DNA of 64,000 nt from Candidatus Marinacidobacterium sp. (GCA_965262645.1 CBDHFO010000017.1:540024-604023), one strand, 5' to 3'; shown: positions 49,979-59,929, counted from the stretch's first letter. Translations and numbers: made by a program. Notes: generated from the letters alone by a model not told the origin.

Positions 49979-52735
49979 ATGACTACTCCACGACGGATGC
50001 AGTGGGTCAGGCCTCTGACTCTCGCGCTGTCGGTGGCGGCCATCGTCGCTACCGGGGCCTCGTCCGCCTCGGCCCAACTTCGCCCCCTCGCCGAAGACCG
50101 GGGAGCCACGGGGCTCGGTCTCGCGCTCCGAAAGATCGAGAGCGGGGTCTCGGTGCTCACCATCACCGCGCACCCCGACGACGAGAACAATGCCCTGCAC
50201 GCCTTGCTGAGCCGCGGCCTGGGCGCCAGGGTCTCGCTTCTGACGCTTACCCGCGGCGGCGGCGGGCAGAACGAGATCGGCCCCGAACTTTTCGATGGAC
50301 TGCGGTTGCTCCGCACGGAAGAACTCCGGACGTCCCATCGGCTCGACGGGGTGGAGCAGTACTTCGGGATGGTCTCCGACTTCGGATACTCGTTCAGCGT
50401 CGAGGAGACTTTCGACAAATGGGGCCACGAGCAGACGCTCGGCGAGGTGGTGCGGATGCTCCGGACCCTTCGGCCAGACGTGGTCATCACCCTGCCGCCT
50501 GCCGGGACCGGCGGCGGCCAACACCATCAAGCGGCGGGCCGCCTCGCCCACGAGGCCTTCGACGCGGCCGGAGATCCGGACCGCTTCCCGGAGCACGCGG
50601 AACTGGGCCTGATGCCCTGGCGGCCGCTGCGCCTGCTGGTGGGAGGCGTCGGCGGCGGGTCGGCGGCCGGCGAGGCGCGGACCGTCCGCATCGAGACCGC
50701 GGTCTGGGATCCGCTTCTCGGCCGCACCTATGCGGACCTCGGACAGGAAGCGCGTTCGGCCCACCGCTGCCAGGGGATGGGCCAGGTGCGTGGCGGCCCG
50801 ACCGGATTTCCCTCAGTGCTGGTGGAAACGCGCGGAGCGCAGGACGGGGCCGCGCCCGGGCCGGAAGGGGCCGACGGCCTTTTCGCGGGGATTCCGACCG
50901 GACTCGAACGGCTCGAAGCGTTCGTCGCCGGGACTCCGGAGGCGACCGTCGTGACGCGCAGGAAACTGGCTTCCTTTGGAAAGGCCGTCGCCCAGGCCGC
51001 CGAGGCGTTCTCCGCGGTCTCCCCCAGCGACTCGCTTCCCGGCCTGCGAAGGGCGCTGATCGCGGGTAGGGGGCTGCGCCGGGACACCCTCCCGGAAGGG
51101 CTCACCGCGGAGAGCCGTACGGAAATCGAACACCGCATGGCGTTTCGGTACATCCAGATTCAGGAAGCCATTGCGCTCGCCCACGGACTCGTGGTGGATG
51201 CGGTGGCGGAGTCCGGGGTGGTTGTCCCGGGCAGCAGTTTCGGGGCGCAGATCTCGGTCCTTGGCGGCCCCACCGCGGCCACGATTACCGGAATCGGAAT
51301 CGAGGTACCCGACGGCTGGAAGGTCAGCCAATCGCCGGCGTCCCCGGGAACGCCTCCAGGTCCGGGGCCGCGCCGGCGCCCCCTGCCTCCTCCGCTCGGC
51401 CCTGACGATCTCCCCCTCGAATCGAGCCCTGCCAGCCCGCTCCGCGCGGAGTTCGGAGTCTCGGTGGGGAACGCCACCGCCCTGAGCCGCCAGCCCTGGG
51501 AAGATGTCCCCGGGATGGACCGCTTCGAGGCGGTATCCACGGATGTGTTCGGCCTCCCCGCGCGGCCCCCTCAGGTGGTGGCGCGCGTCGCCTTCGAGTC
51601 CGCGGGTGTTCCCGTCGAGATCCGCAGCCCGGTCGAGTATCGCTACGACGGTCCCTGGGTCGGGACGGAAAAACAAAAGGAAGTCTCGATCCTGCCGCTC
51701 GCTTCGGCGGCGGTCTCACCGGAGATTGTGGTCTTCCCCAGGGGGCAGAACCCTCGCCGACTGACCGTCTCCGTGGTGTATCGAGGCGTTGAAGCCGCGG
51801 ACTTCGAGGCTTCGCTCGAGGCGCCGGCGGGGTGGACCGTCCTCCCGCAGAGCAGGCCGGTCTCCTTTGCCGGACCCGGTGAGACGCGGGTCGAGTTCGA
51901 AGTGAGCGCCCCGGACGGCGCGGCGGACGGCAGTTACCGGCTGGGCGCCGCGGTACGGCCCACCGGGGGCGGTGACCCCTTCACCGAAACCGTCCAGGAG
52001 GTCGCCTACCACCACATCGAGACCCGCTACCTCTTCCGGCCCGCCGAGGCTTCGGCACGGGTGCTGGATGCAACCGTGGCGCCGGTCCGCGTCGGATACG
52101 TCGAAGGGGTTGGGGACGAAGTCGCCGAGGCCATCGCCCAGCTTGGATTGCCCCTGACCTTCCTCGACGAACAGGCGCTGGCCGAGGGAGATCTCTCGGT
52201 GTTCGACACCATCGTCCTCGGAGTGCGGGCCTACCTGGCCCGGCCGGACCTCAGGACCCACAACCAGCGCCTGCTCGATTTCGTGGCCGGCGGCGGCACG
52301 CTGCTCGTCCAGTACAACAAGTTCGAGTTCAACGCGGGGCCCTGGGGGCCTTACCCGGTGTCCGTCGGCCGGGGGCGGATCACCGCGGAAGACGCCCCGA
52401 TGCAGGTGCTGATTCCGGATCATCCGGTCTTCGCCGGGCCGAACCGGATCGACGAGACCGATTGGGACGGCTGGGTGCAGGAGCGCGGGCTCTATTTCCT
52501 GGCGCCGGGGGGCGATCCCGCCTATCGGGATCTGCTCGCCTCGGAGGATCCCTTCGAATACAACGCGGGAGAAAAGCGCGGCATCCTGGTGGAGGCACGG
52601 CACGGCGAGGGACGGTGGCTCTACCTCGGTCTGGGACTCTGGCGGCAGCTTCCTGCCGGCACCCCGGGCGCCTATCGACTGCTCGCGAATCTCCTGAGCC
52701 TCGGATACCAACCGGACACGACCGACGAACCCTGA
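49979..52735 (+). CDS. PIG-L/LmbE-family N-acetylglucosaminyl deacetylase with large C-terminal beta-rich domains, secreted
   Basis: 918 aa from an internal ATG. Signal peptide. LTITAHPDDENNAL (HPDDE zinc motif). Confidence 0.7.
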   Translation: MTTPRRMQWVRPLTLALSVAAIVATGASSASAQLRPLAEDRGATGLGLALRKIESGVSVLTITAHPDDENNALHALLSRGLGARVSLLTLTRGGGGQNEIGPELFDGLRLLRTEELRTSHRLDGVEQYFGMVSDFGYSFSVEETFDKWGHEQTLGEVVRMLRTLRPDVVITLPPAGTGGGQHHQAAGRLAHEAFDAAGDPDRFPEHAELGLMPWRPLRLLVGGVGGGSAAGEARTVRIETAVWDPLLGRTYADLGQEARSAHRCQGMGQVRGGPTGFPSVLVETRGAQDGAAPGPEGADGLFAGIPTGLERLEAFVAGTPEATVVTRRKLASFGKAVAQAAEAFSAVSPSDSLPGLRRALIAGRGLRRDTLPEGLTAESRTEIEHRMAFRYIQIQEAIALAHGLVVDAVAESGVVVPGSSFGAQISVLGGPTAATITGIGIEVPDGWKVSQSPASPGTPPGPGPRRRPLPPPLGPDDLPLESSPASPLRAEFGVSVGNATALSRQPWEDVPGMDRFEAVSTDVFGLPARPPQVVARVAFESAGVPVEIRSPVEYRYDGPWVGTEKQKEVSILPLASAAVSPEIVVFPRGQNPRRLTVSVVYRGVEAADFEASLEAPAGWTVLPQSRPVSFAGPGETRVEFEVSAPDGAADGSYRLGAAVRPTGGGDPFTETVQEVAYHHIETRYLFRPAEASARVLDATVAPVRVGYVEGVGDEVAEAIAQLGLPLTFLDEQALAEGDLSVFDTIVLGVRAYLARPDLRTHNQRLLDFVAGGGTLLVQYNKFEFNAGPWGPYPVSVGRGRITAEDAPMQVLIPDHPVFAGPNRIDETDWDGWVQERGLYFLAPGGDPAYRDLLASEDPFEYNAGEKRGILVEARHGEGRWLYLGLGLWRQLPAGTPGAYRLLANLLSLGYQPDTTDEP

Positions 52736-52777
52736 AACGGATTCCGTTCGCAAACGCCAGCAAGCGGCCGTCCGATG

Positions 52778-52970
52778 AAATTTAGTGTTCTTTAGTCAGA
52801 CTTCTAAATTTCGAGACGTTCCTTGTCCTCTGTCAGCGAAATCAGCGCGAACGGACATCAGGGGGATCCCTTACGGTGAGAGCGAAGCCGCTGTTCGGGC
52901 AGTTCATCCGCAGGGAACTCGCCAGCGCAACCGCCTGAAGTTTAGAGTCGTTTAGCCTGGATCCTAAATT
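52778..52970. promoter_or_regulatory. Pair of 34-bp AT-rich palindromic motifs (TTTAG-N5-TTTAG-N9/10-CTAAATT) 159 bp apart in the leader of the DASS transporter gene
   Basis: aaatTTAGtgttcTTTAGtcagacttCTAAATTt (52778-52811) and gaagTTTAGagtcgTTTAGcctggatcCTAAATTc (52937-52970) in 70% GC DNA. Confidence 0.5.
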
Positions 52971-53237
52971 CGGGCCAACATCGAGAGGACCGATCCGGTT
53001 GCGGGGCTCACCGCCCGCCCATACCGGAGGGGTGGGGATACCCCGCGGAAACCCGGACGCCGGATCGCGTACTCTCTCGCGGCCTTGTCCCGCCATCTTC
53101 GGTACCCGCGCACCGGTTCCCAATGGGGTCCCGAAACCGGATGACACGCGAGCGGATCGGACTGGTCCTCGGGCTGGACCCTGCTGGTCGGGATCGCCGT
53201 CTTCCCGATTCCCGGAATCCCCGACGAGGCGCGCCGG

Positions 53238-54590
53238 ATGCTGGCGGTGGCCGCGATCATGGCCACCTGGTGGGTTACCGAGGCGGCGCCGCTGGCGGTG
53301 ACGTCGCTGCTGCCGCTGGTGCTGCTCCCGGTGCTCGGGATCACGAACGCGGCGGGAGCGGCCGCTCCCTACGCGAACCACCTCGTCTACCTCTTCCTCG
53401 GGGGATTCATGATCGCCCAGGCGATGCAGCGCTGGGACCTGCACCGCCGGTTCGCTCTCCGGATCGTGATGGCGATGGGCAGCTCCCCGCCCCGCCTGGT
53501 GCTCGGGTTCATGGTGGCGTCCGCCTTCCTCTCCATGTGGGTCTCGAACACGGCCACCACGGCGATGATGATGCCCATCGGAGTGGCGGTGGTCGCGGAG
53601 ATCTCGCGCGCGGTACACGGAGAGCGGCGCCCCGCGCCCGGGGAGTTCCCCTTCGCGGTGTGCCTGATGCTCGGCTGCGCCTACGGCGCGTCCATTGGGG
53701 GATTCGCAACCCTGATCGGGACCCCTCCCAACGTGTTCCTCGCCGGCTTCCTCGAGGAAGAGATGGGCATCCAGATCACCTTCGTGCGTTGGCTCGCTTT
53801 CGCGATGCCGCTGACCATCATCTTCCTGCCGGCGACCTGGCTGTGGCTGACCAAGTTCGCATTTCCGATCCGCATCCGGGATATCCCCGGCGGGGTGGCG
53901 CCCGTGCGCGCCGCCTACGCGGCGCTCGGGCCGATCTCGACCCCGGAAAAGAGACTCACCGCCTTGTTCGGCGGGACTGCTCTCCTTTGGGTGCTGCGTC
54001 CGGTCTGGACCCAGTTTCTGCCAACCGGGAGCTTCATCACCGACTCCACGATCGCCATGGCGGCGACGGTGCTGTGCTTCCTCGTTCCCGCCGGGAACGG
54101 CGGCTCCGGGGAGCGCATCCTGAACTGGGAGTGGGGAGTGCGGATCCCCTGGGATGTCCTCATCCTGATCGGTGGGGGGTTTTCGCTCGCGAACGGGTTG
54201 GAGGTGAGCGGCCTCTCGCAAGTCCTCGGTGACCGCCTTGCCGGGGCCTCGGCGCTCCCCACGGCCCTGTTCGTGGTGCTGGTGGTGGTCTTCATCATTC
54301 TGCTGACCGAACTTGCCTCGAACCTGGCCTCGACCGCGATGATGGTTCCCATCCTCGCCGCGGTGGCCGTCGGCGCCGCCATCCCGCCTCTGATGCTGCT
54401 GGTGCCGGTCACCGTCGCCGCCTCCTGCGCCTTCATGCTGCCGGCGGCCACTCCTCCGAACGCCATCGTGTTCGGGACCGGCCACTTCACCATCCCCCAG
54501 ATGGTGCGCGCCGGAATCGGCGTGAACATCATTGGCGCCATCCTCACCTGCCTGTTCGCCGTCTTCTGGCTGCCGGTGGTGTTTGGATGA
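53238..54590 (+). CDS. DASS/SLC13-family divalent anion:Na+ symporter (N-terminus apparently displaced into another frame starting at 53123)
   Basis: 450 aa. 53123 frame gives MTRERIGLVLGL and the +1 frame gives LLVGIAVFPIPGIPDEARRMLAVAAIMATWW. Together these form a canonical DASS N-terminus. Confidence 0.8.
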   Translation: MLAVAAIMATWWVTEAAPLAVTSLLPLVLLPVLGITNAAGAAAPYANHLVYLFLGGFMIAQAMQRWDLHRRFALRIVMAMGSSPPRLVLGFMVASAFLSMWVSNTATTAMMMPIGVAVVAEISRAVHGERRPAPGEFPFAVCLMLGCAYGASIGGFATLIGTPPNVFLAGFLEEEMGIQITFVRWLAFAMPLTIIFLPATWLWLTKFAFPIRIRDIPGGVAPVRAAYAALGPISTPEKRLTALFGGTALLWVLRPVWTQFLPTGSFITDSTIAMAATVLCFLVPAGNGGSGERILNWEWGVRIPWDVLILIGGGFSLANGLEVSGLSQVLGDRLAGASALPTALFVVLVVVFIILLTELASNLASTAMMVPILAAVAVGAAIPPLMLLVPVTVAASCAFMLPAATPPNAIVFGTGHFTIPQMVRAGIGVNIIGAILTCLFAVFWLPVVFG

Positions 54591-54763
54591 TGGGGTGGAG
54601 GGCGGTGGTGTTTGGATGATGGGGCGGAGGGCGGTCGCACGGTGAGCGTCGTCCCATCCGGGACCGGGAGAAAGTGCGGAACTCACATCGGCACTACGCA
54701 GCATCATCGACGCTGGTTTCGCGCTCCCGCGCGATGCCGACCTGGAGGTCCGCGTTCCCGCAC
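54591..54763. repeat. Repeat element (GGTTTCGCGCTCCCGCGCGATGCCG family, copy 4) flanked by a 47-bp duplication of the DASS gene 3' end
   Basis: 54544-54590 and 54764-54815 are about 94% identical (tcctcacctgcctgttcgccgtcttctgg...). Internal tandem duplication of ggtggtgtttggatgatgggg. Confidence 0.65.
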
Positions 54764-54853
54764 GTCCTCACCTGCCTGTTCGCCGTCTTCTGGTTGCCGG
54801 TGGTCTTCGGCTGATCACTTCGACTGATCACGGGTCATTAGCATTCCGGTGCC

Positions 54854-55537
54854 ATGAGATTCGCCGCCAAGGACCGCTTCACCACCCGCCTGTGGGCCGG
54901 GATCGAACCCATCTATGCGGAGATCCTGCGCCACCCCTTCCTCGACGGCCTCGCCGACGGCACCCTCGACCGGCAGGTATTCCGCTTCTACGTGATCGAG
55001 GATGCGCTCTACCTCCACGAATTCGCGCGGGCCGTGGCCATCCTCGGCGGCAAGGCTCCGCACCCGGACATCACCGAGGCGCTCTGCGGTGACGCGGTAG
55101 CCACGATTCAGGGAGAGCGCGAACAACTGGGGCAGTTCCTGACCGAGCTCGGCAGCTCCCGCGAGGAACTCTTCACCCGCCCGCCAGCTCCCACAAACCG
55201 CGCCTACACCAGTTATTTCCTGTCGCAGGTCCATTCGCGGCCCTTCCACGAAGGACTCGCCGCCGTCCTTCCCTGCTACTGGATCTACGCCGAAGTGGGC
55301 AAGGAACTGCTGAAGCGTCCTCCCTCGCCGGATCCGCTCTACCGCCGCTGGATCGAAAGCTACGGCAGCGAGGAGTACGACGCGGTCGTGCAGCGCGTCG
55401 TGCGGCTGACGGATGAAGTCTCCGAAGAACTCGGCGACGGCGCCCGCCGGGCGATGGCCCGCCACTTCGCCATGAGTTCACGCTATGAGTGGATGTTTTG
55501 GGACATGGCCTGGCGGCAGGAAGCCTGGCCGTTGTAG
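54854..55537 (+). CDS. tenA: Thiaminase II / aminopyrimidine aminohydrolase
   Basis: 227 aa. TenA/PqqC fold motifs (FRFYVIEDALYLHEFARA, LPCYWIYAEVG with catalytic Cys). Confidence 0.85.
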   Translation: MRFAAKDRFTTRLWAGIEPIYAEILRHPFLDGLADGTLDRQVFRFYVIEDALYLHEFARAVAILGGKAPHPDITEALCGDAVATIQGEREQLGQFLTELGSSREELFTRPPAPTNRAYTSYFLSQVHSRPFHEGLAAVLPCYWIYAEVGKELLKRPPSPDPLYRRWIESYGSEEYDAVVQRVVRLTDEVSEELGDGARRAMARHFAMSSRYEWMFWDMAWRQEAWPL

Positions 55538-55600
55538 CCGCCTTCCGCGGAAGCTTCCGCGGCGCTGCTGCTCAGGATCCCCGGCGGAGCCGCTCCGGTC

Positions 55601-55787
55601 TTAACAGCCTGTGGCAAAACCCACGCGGCGTTCGGCCGGCGATCCATCCCGCCCGAACCACTCCGCTTCGCTCCGTTCTTCGTTGCGTTTCGGTCGAAAT
55701 ACACCCGGTATTCCTCCCTCACGCGCCTCGTCGGACGGGCGCCTCACCGACCTCGGCGCTCACGTGAGTTTCACCACAGGCTGTTAA
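55601..55787. mobile_element. MITE with perfect 14-bp TIR and TTAA ends (TTAACAGCCTGTGG...CCACAGGCTGTTAA)
   Basis: Seen directly. The right-end TTAA supplies the TAA stop of the aldehyde dehydrogenase gene. Confidence 0.75.
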
Positions 55788-57145
55788 CGAATCCAGACCG
55801 TCTTCTTGTTCGTGAACTCGATGAGCCCGTCCGGGCCCAGTTCACGGCCGAAACCGCTGTCCTTCGTCCCACCGAAGGGGACGCGGGGATCCGATTTGGT
55901 GATGCCGTTCACGAAGACGGCCCCGGATTCGATTTCCGGCACGAGCCGTTCCGCCCGCTTCGGGTCGGATGTCCAGAGCGAAGACCCCAGCCCATAGTTC
56001 GTCCGGTTGGCGATCTCCACCGCCTCCGCCTCGTCGCCAAAGGGGACCACCGTAGCGACCGGCCCGAAGAGTTCCTCGTCGGCGGCCGGGGCTCCCGCGG
56101 GTGGCCCCGCCAGAATCCCGGTGGCGGAAAAGAACCCGCGTTCCGGCGCGGTCCCCCGGTAGAGGAGTTCCGTGCCGGCGCGAACCGAGTGCGCGACCTG
56201 CTCCTCGAGACGGTCGCGGAGATCTTGCCGGGCCAAGGGTCCCACTGCGGTCTCCGGCGCCAGCGGGTCCCCCACCGTCGTTTCGCGAAACCGCGTCTCA
56301 AAGACCGAAAGGAACGCATCGAGCACCGTTCGCTGCACGAGAAAGCGTTTGGCGGCGATGCAGCTCTGCCCGGAATTGATGAGCCGCGCCCCGGCGCCCG
56401 CTGAAGCCGCCTCCTCCACATCGCAGTCCTCGAACACGATGAAGGGATCGCTCCCGCCGAGCTCGGCGACCATCGGCTTGAGACTGCGCCCCGCGACCGC
56501 GGCGACCTCGCTGCCGGCGCGCGAACTCCCGGTGAGCGTCACTCCCCGAATCCGCCGGTCGGCGATGCAGGTGGCCGCCTGCTCGTTTGTCAGGAACAGA
56601 TTCTGGAGAAGCCCCTCCGGCGCGCCCGCCTCGCGATACAACTCGACGATCCGGAGCGCGCACTGGGGCACCGAGGGCGCGTGCTTGAGCACCATCGGGT
56701 TCCCGGTGAGGAAGTTGGGCGCCGATACCCGGATGACCTGCCAGAGCGGGAAGTTCCAGGGCATGACCGCAAGGATCGGCCCGCTGGGATCGAAGCGCAC
56801 GAAGGCGTCGCTCCCGTCGGATTCGTAGTGCCGAGGGCGGAGCGACTCCTCCGCGGTCTCGGCGTAGTGCCGCGCCACCCAGGCGCACTTTTGGGCCTCG
56901 GCGACTCCCTGGGCGAGCGGCTTTCCCATCTCGAGAGCCATGAGCTCCGCCAGTTCATCCGCCTGCGCACACAACAGATCCGCCAGGCGCTCGTTCACGG
57001 CGCGCCGCTCGGCAAAGGGAGACCGGCGCCAGGAGCGGAACGCGGCATCGGCGCGGGAGAGGGCTGCTTCGACCTCGCGGCCGGTAGCCGTCGGAAACTC
57101 GGCCACCAGTTCCTCGGTGGCGGGGTTCAGGGAGCGGTAGAGCAT
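55784..57145 (-). CDS. NAD(P)+-dependent aldehyde dehydrogenase (succinate-semialdehyde dehydrogenase-like)
   Basis: 453 aa from the internal ATG MLYRSLNPATEEL. ELGGSDP (Glu), SGQSCIAAKRF (Cys) catalytic motifs. The 80-codon N-terminal extension is spurious. Confidence 0.9.
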   Translation of the reverse strand: MLYRSLNPATEELVAEFPTATGREVEAALSRADAAFRSWRRSPFAERRAVNERLADLLCAQADELAELMALEMGKPLAQGVAEAQKCAWVARHYAETAEESLRPRHYESDGSDAFVRFDPSGPILAVMPWNFPLWQVIRVSAPNFLTGNPMVLKHAPSVPQCALRIVELYREAGAPEGLLQNLFLTNEQAATCIADRRIRGVTLTGSSRAGSEVAAVAGRSLKPMVAELGGSDPFIVFEDCDVEEAASAGAGARLINSGQSCIAAKRFLVQRTVLDAFLSVFETRFRETTVGDPLAPETAVGPLARQDLRDRLEEQVAHSVRAGTELLYRGTAPERGFFSATGILAGPPAGAPAADEELFGPVATVVPFGDEAEAVEIANRTNYGLGSSLWTSDPKRAERLVPEIESGAVFVNGITKSDPRVPFGGTKDSGFGRELGPDGLIEFTNKKTVWIR

Positions 57146-57182
57146 GGGGTCCGGAGCCCGCGGCGGGTACGACGGGCCGATG

Positions 57183-58385
57183 TCACGGGCGGGCGCCCGG
57201 AGGGTGTAAGCGGTTGTACTTTCGGCCGACCTCCAGCAGGTCTTCGATCGAAATCGCCTCCCGGGTGTTTCCGTTCCGGCCGGTAACGGTGGTGGCCTTG
57301 AGCATCGAGTTATAGACCGCCTCCTCGGTGGCCTCGATCGCGGCCTGGAAGAGCGGCGACAACCGGTCGCCTCGCAGGACGCCACCGTCCTCCGTCGGGG
57401 AGTCGCTGCCGAACGAACTCCGGAGAGACTCGGCCGACGAGAACGCGATCACGAAATCGCCGCTTCCGTGGGACGAGGTGGCGCCGGTGCGGGCGAGACC
57501 GAGCATGACCCGGCGAGCCAACCGGGTGAGACCCAGCGAGCGAATCGGGGCATCGGTGGCGACCACCATCATGATGGAGCCGTCGGGATTGTCCTGGGAG
57601 TCCCCTCCCGCGGCGTCATCCGCGCCGCGCAGTTGGTCGCGGAGGTAGTAGCGGTCCAATTCCTCGCCGACGGGGATCCCGTCCATGATGAGTACTCCTC
57701 CGTAGTTGCTCTGAACGAGCGTCCCTACGGTGTATCCGCCGAGGCTCTCGGGGAGACGCCGCGAGGAAGTGCCGATCCCGCCCTTCCAGCCAAAGACGGA
57801 AGTTCCGGTTCCGGCCCCCACCGCACCCTCGGCTACCAGTCCCGAGGAAGCGCTCCGGATCGCCTCGAGCACGTGGCTTTCCTTCACATGGAGTCCCCGG
57901 ATGTCGTTGAGGTATCCGTCGTTCGTCTCCCCGACGACCGGATTCACCGAACCGACGTTTTCGTTGCCGGGAAGTCCGAGAACGTGGGTCACGACGGCGC
58001 GCGCGGCATCCCACACGGAGAGCGTGTTGGTCAGCACGATCGGGGTCTCAATGGTCCCGAGTTCCACCACCTGGGTGGATCCGACCAGTTTGCCGAAGGC
58101 GTTGCCGATATGGATCGCACCCGGAACCTTGTCCTGAAAGATGTTTCCGGCGTGGGGCAGAATCGCGGTGACCCCGGTTCGGATGTGATCCCCCTCCGTG
58201 ATGGTCACCTGCCCGACCTGGACCCCGGGTACGTCGGTGATCGCGTTTTGCGGTCCGGGGTCGAGAACTCCGGGCGCCAGACCGATGTCCCGTGCCCGGG
58301 GCCGGGCATCCCCTTGCCCGAGGGCCAGCGGAGCTGCGAGCAGACCAGCGGCGAGCGCGGCCAGAATGCGGTGCACGTTTTTCAT
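57183..58385 (-). CDS. DmpA/S58-family (P1) aminopeptidase, secreted
   Basis: 400 aa. Signal peptide. DmpA/OAT fold motifs (GxGTGTSVFGWKGGIGTSSR). Confidence 0.75.
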   Translation of the reverse strand: MKNVHRILAALAAGLLAAPLALGQGDARPRARDIGLAPGVLDPGPQNAITDVPGVQVGQVTITEGDHIRTGVTAILPHAGNIFQDKVPGAIHIGNAFGKLVGSTQVVELGTIETPIVLTNTLSVWDAARAVVTHVLGLPGNENVGSVNPVVGETNDGYLNDIRGLHVKESHVLEAIRSASSGLVAEGAVGAGTGTSVFGWKGGIGTSSRRLPESLGGYTVGTLVQSNYGGVLIMDGIPVGEELDRYYLRDQLRGADDAAGGDSQDNPDGSIMMVVATDAPIRSLGLTRLARRVMLGLARTGATSSHGSGDFVIAFSSAESLRSSFGSDSPTEDGGVLRGDRLSPLFQAAIEATEEAVYNSMLKATTVTGRNGNTREAISIEDLLEVGRKYNRLHPPGARP

Positions 58386-58498
58386 CAGAACCTCCGGAAT
58401 CGGCAGCCGGAACTACCAACCCCGGAGAATACGGGAACCGTGTCGCCGCCGGACCAAACGGAACATTCTTGACACAAGATTCGTAGCGTCCACCGGTC

Positions 58499-59305
58499 AT
58501 GGTTCACGGGAAAGCGCGCGGCGCGGGGCTTGGCGGACGCCCTCTCGCTCTGGTCCTCGGGGTGTCGGCGCTGGCGGGCACTGCGAATTGCGGCGTCCCG
58601 TTCCAGCAGGAGCCGAACGTTGAAGAAACGGTCAGCTTTACCGAGCCGTTTCGGGCAGGCGAGCTTCTCGATCTGAGGAACATCGACGGCCGCGTCGCGG
58701 TCGCCCCCTGGGACCGGGAAGAAGCGGAGATCGTCGCACGCAAGGTCGGACCGAGCAGCGCGGCGCTCGAAGAAATCCGGGTGGAGGTCAACCGCTCGTC
58801 GCGGGGACTCCAGGTTCGCACCCGATATCCGAAAAAGAGCCGGATGTGGGGACAGCGATACGGCACCGTGCACTATTCCATCCGGCTGCCGCAGACGGCC
58901 GATCTCAGGATCTCCACGGTCCACGGGCCCATCGAAGTGGATGGGATCTCGGGGGAGGTCGAAGCACAGACGGTGAGCGGCTCCCTCCGGCTGACCGGAC
59001 AACGGGGGAGCGTGAACGCCAAGACGGTCAACGGGCGCATCGAGTGTGAGCTCGACAGCTTCGGCGAGGGAGAAAAACACTCCCTCCGCACGGTGAACGG
59101 CGGGGTCCAGGTGACGCTCGGCCCCGAAGCCAGCGGCCAGGTGGACGCGAGGGCCATCAATGGGCGGGTCATCATCGAGCTGGCCGGCCTGGAGCATCTC
59201 GACACTCCCAGCCGGCGCCACAAGAACGTGCGGGTCGGCGACGGTGGCGGCGAATGCCGGGTACGTACCGTAAACGGGACCATCCACATCCTCAATAGTC
59301 AGTAG
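58499..59305 (+). CDS. DUF4097-family putative adhesin/beta-helix lipoprotein
   Basis: 268 aa. Lipobox near TANCG. Repeated V(N/D)G.I.(V/I) beta-strand units (TVNGRIECEL, TVNGGVQVTL, AINGRVIIEL, TVNGTIHIL). Confidence 0.6.
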   Translation: MVHGKARGAGLGGRPLALVLGVSALAGTANCGVPFQQEPNVEETVSFTEPFRAGELLDLRNIDGRVAVAPWDREEAEIVARKVGPSSAALEEIRVEVNRSSRGLQVRTRYPKKSRMWGQRYGTVHYSIRLPQTADLRISTVHGPIEVDGISGEVEAQTVSGSLRLTGQRGSVNAKTVNGRIECELDSFGEGEKHSLRTVNGGVQVTLGPEASGQVDARAINGRVIIELAGLEHLDTPSRRHKNVRVGDGGGECRVRTVNGTIHILNSQ

Positions 59306-59440
59306 ACCGGATCCCGCACCGTCCGGTGCTGCTGGTCCGGACACCTTTACGCTGGCGAGCCATCCTCCGGTCGCCTGGGCGGGTGGCGCCAGCGAATCCG
59401 CAAGCTTCGGGCAGAATCACCCGGATCGCGAGGATTTCCG

Positions 59441-59929
59441 ATGATTCAGCAGTTGACGTATCTCTATGGTTTCAACCTGGGCGTCGCCCGGACGCTGGTG
59501 GACGACCTGACCCCCGAACAGATGGTCGAACAGCCGCACGGCGTGGTCAATCATCCGGCTTGGTCGCTCGGCCACCTGGTGATGACGGCCGATGGACTTG
59601 CCCGGCTACTCGGGCTCGAGTCGGAGGTCCGCGAGGGTTGGGGGGAGGTGTTCGCGACCGGGGGAATTCCTTCGAATGACCCGTCCCGCTACCCCTCGAA
59701 AGACGAACTGCTCGACGCGCTCGAGGCACAGCACCGGCGCAACGCTGCCGCGGTGGAACGGGTCGAGCCTGCGTGGTTTGACGCGCCGAACCCGAATGAG
59801 AGGCGGCGGAAGCGCTTTCCGACGGTCGGGGACGTGGCCATCTTTCTCATGACCTCGCACGAGATGCTCCACCTCGGCCAGGTGGCGGCCTGGCGGCGGG
59901 CGATGGAGCTGGCGCCAGCCCGCAGGTAA
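59441..59929 (+). CDS. DinB/YfiT-like metal-dependent four-helix-bundle protein
   Basis: 162 aa. His ligands in HPAWSLGHLV and HEMLHLGQ. Confidence 0.7.
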   Translation: MIQQLTYLYGFNLGVARTLVDDLTPEQMVEQPHGVVNHPAWSLGHLVMTADGLARLLGLESEVREGWGEVFATGGIPSNDPSRYPSKDELLDALEAQHRRNAAAVERVEPAWFDAPNPNERRRKRFPTVGDVAIFLMTSHEMLHLGQVAAWRRAMELAPARR

